A stretch of DNA of 63,439 nucleotides, the filler included, from Reclinomonas americana ATCC 50394 (Eukaryota): NCBI GenBank assembly GCA_048213135.1. It is 7 parts of 4 records of this genome, joined end to end, with 100 filler letters (N's around TTAATTAATTAA, not from the genome) between each part and the next. Parts side by side here need not be neighbours in the genome. Positions count along the whole stretch, not along the records: positions 25,119 to 43,301 come from PS015114.1; positions 43,402 to 45,466 come from PS015114.1; positions 45,567 to 59,338 come from PS015114.1; 4 more parts are not named here. One strand, written 5' to 3'. Shown here piece after piece: positions 37,782 through 48,662 of the stretch. The position numbers and the translations under genes are program-made. Within the stretch, counting starts at the first letter, position 1, and the number at the start of each line of letters is the position of its first letter. Under the pieces are notes generated by a model. It made no database searches and was not told the origin of the DNA. It saw nothing but the letters and a program-made list of their open reading frames with translations.

Positions 37782-39372
37782 TCACGGAGCTTGCCCTCCT
37801 CCAACCGACGGTTCCGTGTCGTGCAGGCGATCTCGCAAGGCTGCCAACTGCGCGGCGAGGTCGTCTCGCTCGGCTCTCAGTTGGAGGACAACTTCCGCCT
37901 GCTGCGCCGACAGAGCACGAACGGCGAAGAGTTCAGCGACAACAGCATCATGTCGCTGAGCCGCGGCGACGCGCTCTGCTTGCAGCTCCGCCTCGAGTTC
38001 GGCGACACGAGCCGCCAGCAACGATTCTTGACGTGCTGCGGGAGCGGGTGGCGGTCGCGACGATGGCAACGGTTCGTCTGACGCAATCTCATCGGCAAGT
38101 TCTGGCTCCGGCGATGTGGCAACTGGGCGGAGGCCGATGTTCGACACTGGGTGGGGGGGGGCAATGAGAATGAGAAACACCACTGGTAATAGACATGCGC
38201 AAACAGCTTACGTACTCCACACTTCTTCTCCACTCGCCAGTGACCACATGCGCACAGACATGTCGTCACTCCCGCTTACCACATACTCACCATCGGCGGT
38301 GACGGCGACACAGCTCACATTCGCCCAGTGTCCGTCCAGTAGCCACAGTTCCTCTCCACTCGCCAGTGACCACACTCGCACTGTACAGTCGTCACTTCCG
38401 CTCACAATGTGATGGCCGTCGGGAGTGACGACGACTGATCTCACCGCGTCATCGTGTCCCTTTAGTCGTCGCACTTCTTTTCCACTCGCCAGTGACCACA
38501 CGCGCACTGTGCTATCTTCACTCCCGCTCACAACATGNNNNNNNNNNNNNNNNNNNNNNNNNNNCTCAACACCAGCACTTCATCTCCACAAGCCAGCGAC
38601 CACAAATGCACCGAGTGACTCCAATATCCAGTCACAATGTGCAGACCATCGGGCGTGATGGCGATCGAGCGCGCACAGTCAGGGTGCACGTTCACCCGCC
38701 GCAATTCCTCACCGCTCGCCGCACACCACACACGAATCGTGCAGTCATCGCTCCCGCTCACAATGTGCTGACTGTCGGGAGTGACAGCGACGGAGTACAC
38801 CCCGTCAGTGTGTCCACTGAACAGTCGCAGTTCCTGCCCATTGTCCGTGGACCACATTTGCACTTCGTTTCTACTGCTCCCGCTCACGATGAACGTTCCA
38901 GCGGGAGCAACGGCGACGGACCACAGCAAGCCAATGTTCTTCTCAATTCGTCCCACCTGCTCTCCTGTCGCCAACGACCACACCCGCAGTGTGTTGTCGG
39001 AACTGCCACTCACAATGAACTCACCATCGGGAATGACGACAGCGACAGAGTTCACCGAATTCCAGTGCCCCTCCAATCGTCGCACTTCCTTCCCACTGGC
39101 CAGTGACCACACACGAATCGTGCAGTCATCGCTGCCACTCACAACCAGTGTGTCCACGCAGTTTGTGCACTTGCTCGCCACTGGCCAGCGACCAAACGCG
39201 CACAGTCTTGTCCTCGCTCCCGCTCACCACATGCTGGCTATCGGGAGTGACGGTGACACACTTCACGTCGCCAGTGTGCCCCTCAAAGACCTGTGTGTGC
39301 TGTGCATTCCCAAGTGAAACACACGCAGACTGCAGGAGACATGAACCCGCACGAGCGCACCTCAGCTTCCAT
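37782..39372 (-). pseudogene. WD40-repeat protein with highly similar repeats and a coiled-coil tail; frameshifting deletion near 39146
   Basis: Repeats GHxxxVxSVAVTPDGxxIVSGSDDxTVRVWSLASGEE. At about 39146, ..LRGHT joins VVSGSDD out of frame with half a repeat missing; this could instead be an assembly collapse. Confidence 0.65.
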
Positions 39373-39891
39373 TGTGTGTGTGTGTGTGTGATTGCGTGAG
39401 AGTGATTGCGTGAGAATTTGCACGCAATTCGCCGGTCGACCAACTCTGAAACACCGCCGTCGGCGTCTTGGCTTTTGATGTGCTTTGGTACGGCGCGCCT
39501 GATTCCTCTTGGCCACGATATCGAAGTGGAACTCCTCTTCAACGACGATAATTGCAATTTTGTCCGTGTTTCATGTTTCGCATGCAGCCGCCGCCCTCCT
39601 CCCCCACCCTTTTCTCTCCCTACCACCCCGTCCTCCGCCCCATCCGCGCCTGCCCACCGCCAGCACGTCGCGACAGTGTGCATCGTCGACCGACCGTCAA
39701 TTTGAGCCTCCTGTCTGTCCGAGTTCGGTTTTGTGTTTTTTGCATCGCAGATCACAAATGCTCCCACCCGCCGGGCAATCGCCGCGGCTGCATAAAACGC
39801 CAACATCGCAGAGGTTCAATCATTCACACCTACCTTGTGAGCCAAGACAGCCACCTCAGCAACAACAACAACAACAAGCACAACAACAATC

Positions 39892-40953
39892 ATGACGACT
39901 CAACAACGCGTCACTGCCGCGCTCCTCGCGCTGGCGGTGCTTCTCCTCCTCGCCATCTCATCGGCACAAGCTGGCGCTCTGCCACTGGCTGCCGCTCACC
40001 GTCCTCCCCCACCACCACCTCCTCCACCAGCAGACGGTGACTCCTCCACGCATCCTCACCCGCCGCCGCCGCCGCCACCACCGCCATCACCGCCTGCTGG
40101 TGGCGACGATNNNNNNNNNNNNNNNNNNNNACCCTCCTGCGGTGGGCGACCCTGGCCACCTTGCTGCTGGCCACCCTCCTGCGGTGGGCGACCCTGGCCA
40201 CCACCCTGCTGCGGCGGGCGGCCCTCCTCCGGCTCCGGCTCACCGGCAGCACGAGCGCGGATCAGCGAGCGAGCATGTGCCGACGGAGCCGCCATGCGTT
40301 GCAGCACCGCGTGGCCACCAGTCAGCTCGGCGCCAACGGCAGTCGGTGCCGGTGCCGGAGCATCGTCGTCGTCATCGCCACCAGCTGGCGGCGGCGGAGG
40401 CGGCGGTGGAGGCGGGTGAGTGGCATCATCATCACCATCGGCACCACCAGCTGGGGGCGGCGGTGGCGGAGGCGGATGAGGATGAGTGGAGTCNNNNNNN
40501 NNNNNNNNNNNNNNNNNNNNNNNNNNNNNNNNNNNNNNNNNNNNNNNNNNNNNNNNNNNNNNNNNNNNNGGCCAGCAGCAAGGTGGTCAGGGACGCCCAC
40601 CGCAGCAGGGTGGCCACGAGCAACAGGGTCAGAACCGTCCTCCGCAGCAGGGCGGTGGCAACTCTCGCGATGAGCAGCAGCACGGTCAGCAGCAGCCGCC
40701 TCGCGGTCCGCCCGGCTGGTCGATTGCACTGATGGTGACGGGCGTGGTGGCCCTGGTGGCTGCTGTGGTCGTGGCCGCGCTCATGTTTGTGCGCGTGCGT
40801 CGCCTCCAGCGCCAGCTCAACACGGTGTCGCTGAACGGTAACCAGCTGCTGGTGGCCGCACCGGCTCAAGCGGCCCCGACTGTCACTGTCATGCGCCAGT
40901 CGCACGCACTGGCCTACACGCCGATGGCCGACGAGGCCGAGCAGCGCGTCTAA
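39892..40953 (+). CDS. Type I membrane protein with poly-Pro and PPQEGGQQQGGQGR repeats, copy 2 (internal contig 40131-40493 assembled inverted)
   Basis: Same N- and C-termini as 36580-37487; the reverse complement of 40131-40493 reads DSTHPHPPPP..GEPEPEEGRPPQQGG, bridging the two halves. Confidence 0.8.
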
Positions 40954-41151
40954 AGTGCGAGAGAAAAGAACAACAACGAGCATGAAGATGATACTGTAAA
41001 TGCCCAAGTGTGAATAGTGTTTTGTTTACTTGGTCACATACATGTCTTTCATTGATCCGAATACAAGTACACAAAGTCCAAGTGAGTGAGTGAGCAAGAG
41101 GTAACGCGTTCCTCACACTCTCTCACTCACACTCTCTCTCTCTCTCTCAGG

Positions 41152-41324
41152 ATGAGGCGCTTGTGTGTTGCTGTTGTTGTCTTTCTTGCGCTTGTTGTGT
41201 TTGTGAGTGCATTCGTCGACGATGAGGAGATCGACAAGTGCAACAAGAGCAACCCGCACTTGCAACACGGCAATGGCTTTGTCGACGCCTTTAACAACTG
41301 TTACAAGGAGTTGTGTGCAAGAGA

Positions 41325-41359
<35 letters not shown>

Positions 41360-43273
41360 TGAGTGTGTTTTGTGTTTCTCTCTCACACTCTCTGGGATTA
41401 CGCAGTCCGACGCCAGACTCCAACATTGCTGCTGCGCTCTCACAGTTCCAGATCTGGTTTGATGTTGCGTATGCATGCAGTCTCGTGCATTGATTCCGAC
41501 CTCGGTCATTGCAGTCAGTCGGCGTTCGCTGCACAGTCAACTCATTGTTGCACTCTCCTCCGTCACTCTACTCAGTCACTACACTGTCTGCTCAGTTGTT
41601 GCTCTGTTCCGTCACTGCGTTTGCTCAGTCTACTCCTGCATCACTTCACTCTGCTCCATTGCTCACTCTGCGCACTGCTCTATTCCGTCACTGCTCAGTC
41701 TCTCCTCCATCACTGCTCTCTTCCGTCATTGCACTCCTCCACCGCTGCACTCCTCCATCACTGCACTTGCTCCGTCGTTGCAATCTGCGCAACCACTGCC
41801 CGCAGTCCGACTCATTCGTCACCCTCCCTTCCCCTTCTCCCCCCTCTCCTATCAGCCAACAACCATCTGCCAACTGTGCTTCATCATGATCCTGGTCATC
41901 CGCATTCTCACGTGGGGCAAGCGACGAAGCGCCAACTCGCACACGGCCAGCGGACATGCGCTGTTCGTGGTCGTCAATGTGCTCTTTGGTGTCGGCCTGT
42001 CTCTCTCCATGGCCACCTTCCTGCAGGCCACCATTCGCCAGGAGGGACCGTGTGTGTGCAAGAACGATTATCCGATCACAGGCAACTCGTACATGATGCC
42101 GTCGGAGAAGCTGGCGTCGACGGCCGTGTTGGGCGGATTCGCCGCCGAGTTGGTGAGTTGGCCGGTGGCGGTGGCGGCGTATGCGGGCTTGTTTGCGAGT
42201 TGTTTGCTGGATGGGTCGGCGTCGCTGGGACAGGCGTTGGCCGGCTTTGCCGGTGGTGTGCTGCTGTACGTGTACGTGTCGCGCACGCCAGTGTTGCTGC
42301 GACCGGTCGACTTTTTGGTAAACCTTATTGCCGGAAGTGTGCTGCTGGGTGTCTACAAGGTATGCAAGCAGACAGAGGGGGAGGAAGGTGGCTGAATAGA
42401 ACTGACGCACTTTGCGCAGGACGACATTGACTGGAACACGGTGGCCGACTTCTTCAACGGCGTCGTGTACCAGCTCGTGGCCCTGGTCGTGTTTGTGTGG
42501 GTGTTCACACCGACCTTTTGGCGTGTGATTGGTCGCAAGAGCTTCCTGCTGATGAAGCGCGAGGAGTTTGAGTACATCCCCGTGCCCGTGTTGCAGAGAG
42601 TGGCCAAGCACAATGTGTATGCCGGTGAGTTTGAGGAAAGGGAAGAGAAGAGTAGAGAGTACATGCACGTTGTGTCATGAGTCAGGCTGAGGAAAGGAAG
42701 AGGAGCATCTGAACTATGTTCATTTTCTCTGTCGCTCCGCCACTTCTGCTTTCACTCTTTTCTCTCCGTCTGTCGCTCTTTGTCGCTCCACCCCGCTCCC
42801 CTTGTCGCCTCATCCGCTCCGCTTGTCGCTGCACCCCGCTCCTCTTGTCGCTGCACCCTTCTCCACCCCGCGCTCCCCTTGTCGCTCCGCCCCCTCCTTT
42901 TGTCGCTGCACCCGCTCCTCCTGTCGCTCCACCCCGCTCCTCCTGTCGCTCCACCCCGCTCCTCTTGTCGCTGCACCCGCTCCCCTTGTCGCTCCATCCG
43001 CTCCCCTTGTCGCTCCATCCGTTCCCCTTGTCGCTCCATCCCGCTCTCTTGTCGCTCCACCCCGCTCCCCTTGTCACTCCCCTCTTCCTCCCTCCTTTCT
43101 CACGCCTCCCTCACCTCGCAGAATCCACCAGCAAGGACCCCGACTCCACCGCCTACTTTGGCCTCATTCGCCGCCCGAGCGGCAAGGTGCTGACGGCGAA
43201 GATGATTATCGCCGCGTGCCTCTTGTGGGGCGTCCGCATTCTCACTCCCCGAGTGCACACTATCATTAGTTAA
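41152..43273 (+). CDS. Multi-pass membrane protein, degenerate PAP2-like fold with signal peptide
   Basis: Five exons splice in frame; LQATIRQEGP..SYMMPSEK..SCLLDGSASLGQALAGFAGG align to PAP2 motifs C1/C2/C3. Confidence 0.7.
42728..43080. repeat. Intronic ~21-bp minisatellite (TGTCGCTCCACCCCGCTCCCCT-like)
   Basis: About 16 copies starting TGTCGC inside the last intron of the PAP2-like gene. Confidence 0.9.
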
Positions 43274-43469
43274 CGCAGGAGACAACAACAACAACAACAA
43301 ANNNNNNNNNNNNNNNNNNNNNNNNNNNNNNNNNNNNNNNNNNNNTTAATTAATTAANNNNNNNNNNNNNNNNNNNNNNNNNNNNNNNNNNNNNNNNNNN
43401 NGCTAGCAGCAGCAGCAAATGCCTCTCAGTATCTCTCGCCCTCTTCCCTTCATCCCTCCTACCACTCAC

Positions 43470-44805
43470 CGGAATCTTCATCTTGGGGTACGACAACGGC
43501 GGTCCAAATCGCTGCATATTGATCAACCATGGTGGTGGTGCACCCTCGGGCATGCCCAGTGCCTCTTTCAGCTCCGACGTGAGCATGCCTGGTATGCGGT
43601 CGTCCAACTTGACACCAAACTCCTTGCCCTCGTAGTACCTGCGCGAAGACGGTGAGGACGATTACTTATGGACAGCAGCGCACGTCCTTCCATGCCACGC
43701 AACAAATCGCCGTGTCCCGTCAACTTTGGCTTGGTCTGGAACTTGAAAAAGGCGTCGTGCAACACCTGGTAGTCAATGTCCATGCCGCCCGACTTGGGCT
43801 GCATGCGGTCGCGTGCCTTTTGCTTCAGCTTCTTCTCGTTCTCCTTCTCAAAGTACGCCTCGCGCATCTTGCGGATACCCGTCTCTTCGATAAACTCCGG
43901 CAGCTTGAACGGCGGCTTCTCGATACCGCGCTTGCCCTGCAGGTACTTGCGCTTCTGCGACCAGTGACGCGGCACCGGCACCGTGTTGCGGTAGGATTTG
44001 AGGAAGACGAGGAGGCGGGGGTCGGCGGCGGTCACGTCGTGGGCCTGTAGACAGAAGGGTGTGTGTGAGTGAGCGGGAAGAACAGAAGGAGTAATTTCTC
44101 CCTTCTTGCTCACCTCCACGACTTCTGGCCGCGGCACCAGTTGCTTCAGATCGGCCACCGACAGGCGCGTCAGCAGCTTCTTCTTGCGGTTGCTGAGCTT
44201 CTGCTTCTTCTCGCCATTCGCCGCCTCTTCCTCCTCGTCCGAGTCGTCGTCCATTCCACCAGCAAACAGGTCCTTCTTGGCGTCTTCCACCTTGACTTCC
44301 ACGCCGTCTTCCTCCTGAGAGAGAAGAAGGGGGGAGGTGAGCAGAGAGGGAGGGGAGAGAGAGGAGAGGACAGGAGTTATGAGGAAAGCATGCTCGTCAC
44401 GCTGTTTGACGGTTGCGGAGATAGTTTCTGTTCACGGGCTCGTGGGACAGAATGCAGACACTCTCTCAGTGGCGAAAACGAGAAAGCATGATCGACAAAC
44501 AATGGCTCTTAGTGAGGGATATACAGAGAGATTCTTACTCATCACAAACTCATGAGACGTACAAGATGGAGCTTTCTCAGTCGCGCGTGACGAGAAAGCA
44601 GGCTCGACAAACACTGACTCTGCGTGAGAGATGTGCAGACAGTTTCAGGCAAGATGGCTCTCACCCTCTGTGTGCATGTGTGCAAGCAAGGCGGGAGAAA
44701 CTGACTGGCTGTCGCTCGACAAACAGAATGGCGCAGCAGGCCGAATGGCCCTCCGCTTTCTGTACGCATAATAGACTGGATATGCTGCGCTTGCTTTTGG
44801 CTCTC

Positions 44806-44836
<31 letters not shown>

Positions 44837-45274
44837 GTGCGTGTGTGCTAATGCAAGAGCAACTGACTGGCTGTCACTCTGCAAACAGCAAGGCGCAGCA
44901 GGCCGAGCACCTCTCTCCCTCGCTCTGCAGACAGGACGAGGCATTGCTTGCGTCTGACTCTCCTTCTCACCCTCTCCAGTCCCACAAACCTTGATCTCAT
45001 CGGCGGCGGCCAACGTGGGATCAAATCGCCGCAAAACATCACCAAACATTGACGGATCCAGCATCAAAGGCTCCGCAACGTACTCAATCTCCACTCCATT
45101 CTCCTCGTCTCCACTCGCACCGTCCTCATCCTGCAGAAGAAGAAGAAGAAGAAGACAATGAGTGAGAAAGAGAGAAAGAGAAGGGAGAATGAAGGAGAGA
45201 GCGACTGAGAGTGTGTGAAGAGACTGGTTATGCATGCGTGAGAAGTGAACGACAGACAGCAGGGGAGAGGAAGG

Positions 45275-45342
<68 letters not shown>

Positions 45343-45629
45343 GTGCGTAGAGTAGACGTAGTAGGAGGGTAGGGTAGGGAAGGTAGGTACGTACGTAGGA
45401 AGGAAGGAAGTAACGTAGAACTAAGTAACGGAACGTACGGTACCTACTCGTAGACGTAAGGTTGGTNNNNNNNNNNNNNNNNNNNNNNNNNNNNNNNNNN
45501 NNNNNNNNNNTTAATTAATTAANNNNNNNNNNNNNNNNNNNNNNNNNNNNNNNNNNNNNNNNNNNNAGGTAGTAGTAGTAGTAGTAGTAGTACGGAGAGT
45601 AGAGAGAGAGAGAGAGAGAGAGGAGGAGG

Positions 45630-45703
<74 letters not shown>

Positions 45704-45795
45704 TGCGTGAGTGACATGAGAGTGGGAGAGTGACTGAGAGAGAATGACAATGAACAGGTCACTCTGCAAGTGTGTGTGAGTGCAGACAAACAAAG

Positions 45796-45827
<32 letters not shown>

Positions 45828-46154
45828 AGCGAGTGAGAAAGAGAGCGACAGAGAACATGCAATGAGATCGAGAGGCAAGCACAATGAGTCAGGCCACACA
45901 AGAACACTCATCTCTCTCTCTTCCTCTCTGTTACTCTCACACACAGAGAGCGCGAGAGTGGGAGGAAAAGAGGGGCGAAAGGGGGAGAGAGAGAAGGGAC
46001 AGTTCACCATGGCCACATCTCGAGGCGCGCCCTTTGTTGTCGACGGTTGTTGTTGTTGTTGCTGTTTGAGTTCCTTCTTCTTCGCCTTTTGCTTCTTCTT
46101 CTTCTGCTTGCGGCGCTCGGCCTCGCGCTGCGCGGCCTTGTCGTTGCCGGGCAT
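43470..46154 (-). CDS. SF3B2: Splicing factor 3B subunit 2 (SAP145/Cus1), 3' truncated
   Basis: HDVTAADPRLLVFLKSYRNTVPVPRHWSQKRKYLQGKRGIEKPPFKLP, DIDYQVLHDAFFKFQTKP, HGDL/YYEGKEF and the PSP domain PPPWLINMQRFGPP; first exon 46154-46008 lies across a linker. Confidence 0.95.
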
Positions 46155-47350
46155 TTTTTGTTGTGTGAGTGAGTGAGCGTTACAGTATAGGTTTACATAA
46201 TCGCTAGTTACCGATTGGTATACTTAGGTTTCCAGAGTGAGAAACGACCAGGAACCACTTCAATGTCCTTTCAGTTGTCCTGTTCGTTTTCACTCTTCTT
46301 TTGCTACAAGCAAATGAAAGATGCCCCGTCTTATTGGTGACTGGTCGTTCACTAGTGGAAACCGACCGCGTTTTCCTATGGCGAAGCTGGTTGCACGTGA
46401 TGCGTGCAGTGGGTTTGTATGCTTGCCAACAAGCGTGCATAAATGGATGCCGATCGCAGACAAGCTGCATGCATACTTTACAAACGAAATCGTGCTCAAC
46501 TGTGGCATGCAGCCTTCATCCACGCAGCAAGCCAGCAGGTAATGAACACCCATGGTATGCCTCTGATCCAGAAAAGAAGCGGCAACGACTGTCATGCCGT
46601 CAGGTAGCAAATGCGAGAAAGACCCGGAGAAGAAACTGCTGCCACCGCCACAGCTGCTGAACAAGCGTTGCAGATCATCCGCACACGTGCGGCTTCCGAC
46701 AACCCAACAAGCCAGCAAGTACCAACGGGAGCGAAGCGGCGACGTGTCATGCAGCTAAGGAAATTGAATGCACGACTCAGCAGAACAAGCGCTGCATTTC
46801 AAGCCACACACACTCGAACAACCCTGCGTATTCTGTACACCCAAGGTGTACCACTGAACCAACACAAGCAAAGTGGCGATGACTGTCTTGCGGTAAGGCC
46901 GCAAATGCTTGAAAACCCCGGAGAGGAAACTGCTTCCACCTGCACAAGCGTTGCATTGCTGACTACACACACGCGTGGCTTGCATCAACGCAACATGCCA
47001 GCAGGTGTTGAGCACTCAGACTATGCCGTTGAGCGAAGCGGCGACGACTGCCGAGTCAATCAGGCAGCAAATGCATGCAGATGATGATGCCATCGCATGC
47101 GTCGACCAAAAGCACTCATACACACGCACACAGCCACCGCCACCACATGACTCCAGCGTGGCTGCTGTTCTCAGACGAGAAACCAACTTCCACCAACAAC
47201 ACAAAACCTCCACAGTGAGCACACAAGGCACCACAGACACCTATGCCAGTGCTCTCATACCAGCCCTCTCTTCCCTTCCTCCCCCTCTACTCCCCCCTTC
47301 CCCCGACCACCCCTCTCTCCCTCCCTCCCTTCCCTCTCTCCCACCTCTAC

Positions 47351-48404
47351 TCACCCTTCATTCTTCTCACCCACCACCAACCCAAACCCAAACTGCTCAG
47401 CGGTCTTCCACGTGCGCCTCACAAACACCGGCACGTCGCCCACCGTGACGCCCCTCGCCCGCAAACTATTCAAGTAGCGATACGTCAACGCGTCGCCCGG
47501 ATACCCCGAACCGAGCGGCTGACCACACTCATCGGCCAGCTCGAGCACTCGCCGGTCGCGTTCCGACTTGGCCACCAGCGACGCCATACCGACCACCGTG
47601 TACGTGTCGTCGGCGCGATGCTCGGCCACGATCCGTGCCACACGCGCATCATCGGCGTACTGTTCGCGAAACGGCTGCGCAAAGCGATCCGCCCGCACAT
47701 CCACCGCGTCCAGGTACACGCCCACGCCCACTGCACGCGCACCCAGCTGCTGCAGCACGCCCTCCACCACCGTCAAGAACGCACGCTGCTCAATCGCGTT
47801 GAGGTTCTCGCCGCGCATGCGTCGCGCATCAATCTCCTCCGCCGGGATCTCCAACACAAAACTGGCGGCCGCGCGTCGCACAATCAACGAGCTGAGCTCC
47901 TACAACACGCACACACGCACACACAGAGGTGAGCCGAGTGCAATGATTGACGCTCGTGCGATCGCGAGAGATGCAACATTGCGTTTCCGACTGCTGCTCA
48001 CACGCTTCGAATCGCGCGCGCCCGTGTCGCGCCACTCACGCAACATTCGCCGTCTCTCCGCCACACCACACACAATCAGCGGACCTGCACCATGCATCAG
48101 CAAAGAGACAGGGGGAGAGCGAGAGAGATAGAGAGACAGACGTGCGCTCACCAAGCACTGCACCACGCCCGCTCTCATCGACGCCTATTACTATGTCCTC
48201 CACTACACCTCCATCCACGCGACCTCCGCGTTGCGTGTGTGTGCGACCGGAGAGAGGTCGTCCGCGGCGTTTCAGTCCGTCGACCACCTCGTTCTCCTCA
48301 GCAGAGGAGGAGGCATTGCTCTCTCCTGATGGTGGCGGAGATGCACAGGAGTATAATCTGTGCAGCGGGCGCACCGGGGGGAGGTGTCGCAGCAGCCTCA
48401 GCAT
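47351..48404 (-). CDS. Ribonuclease HII (archaeal-like) with N-terminal presequence
   Basis: IGVDESGRGAVLG/PLIV, DSK, NLNAIE, VYLDAVDV, VAEHRADDTYTVVGMASLVAKSERD, GSGYPGD and PVFVRRTWKT; two GT-AG introns. Confidence 0.88.
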
Positions 48405-48662
48405 GGAAAGTGACGGAAAGGGCGACACGCAGGACCGACGTTTGTTGCGTGGTTTAGTTCTTCCGATGACGATGTTGTGCGTATAATCGGTGACGCTACT
48501 GAGTGGATCAACGCAGGGGAATGGGAAGCTTACGTATGCAAAGAGAAAGCGTCACATCAAACGTTGCACGACTTGAGTTGTTGTGGATTCATTACTGCGC
48601 AGCGCTAATATTCTGTACATCGCGGTTGCTTGTGTGCTCTATAGATTACTGCGCGGCCTCTC

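Noticed and set aside
40131..40493. Apparent inversion (phase-variation-like switch) inside the Pro/Gln repeat gene
   Set aside because: Bounded by gaps on both sides and fits perfectly when flipped; most likely a misoriented contig.
42728..43080. CRISPR-like regular repeat
   Set aside because: Contiguous minisatellite without unique spacers, inside a spliceosomal intron.
45345..45466. Odd TACG/GTAG-rich sequence at contig end (also 61685-61763)
   Set aside because: Follows long microsatellites at contig ends; consistent with low-quality pyrosequencing read tails.
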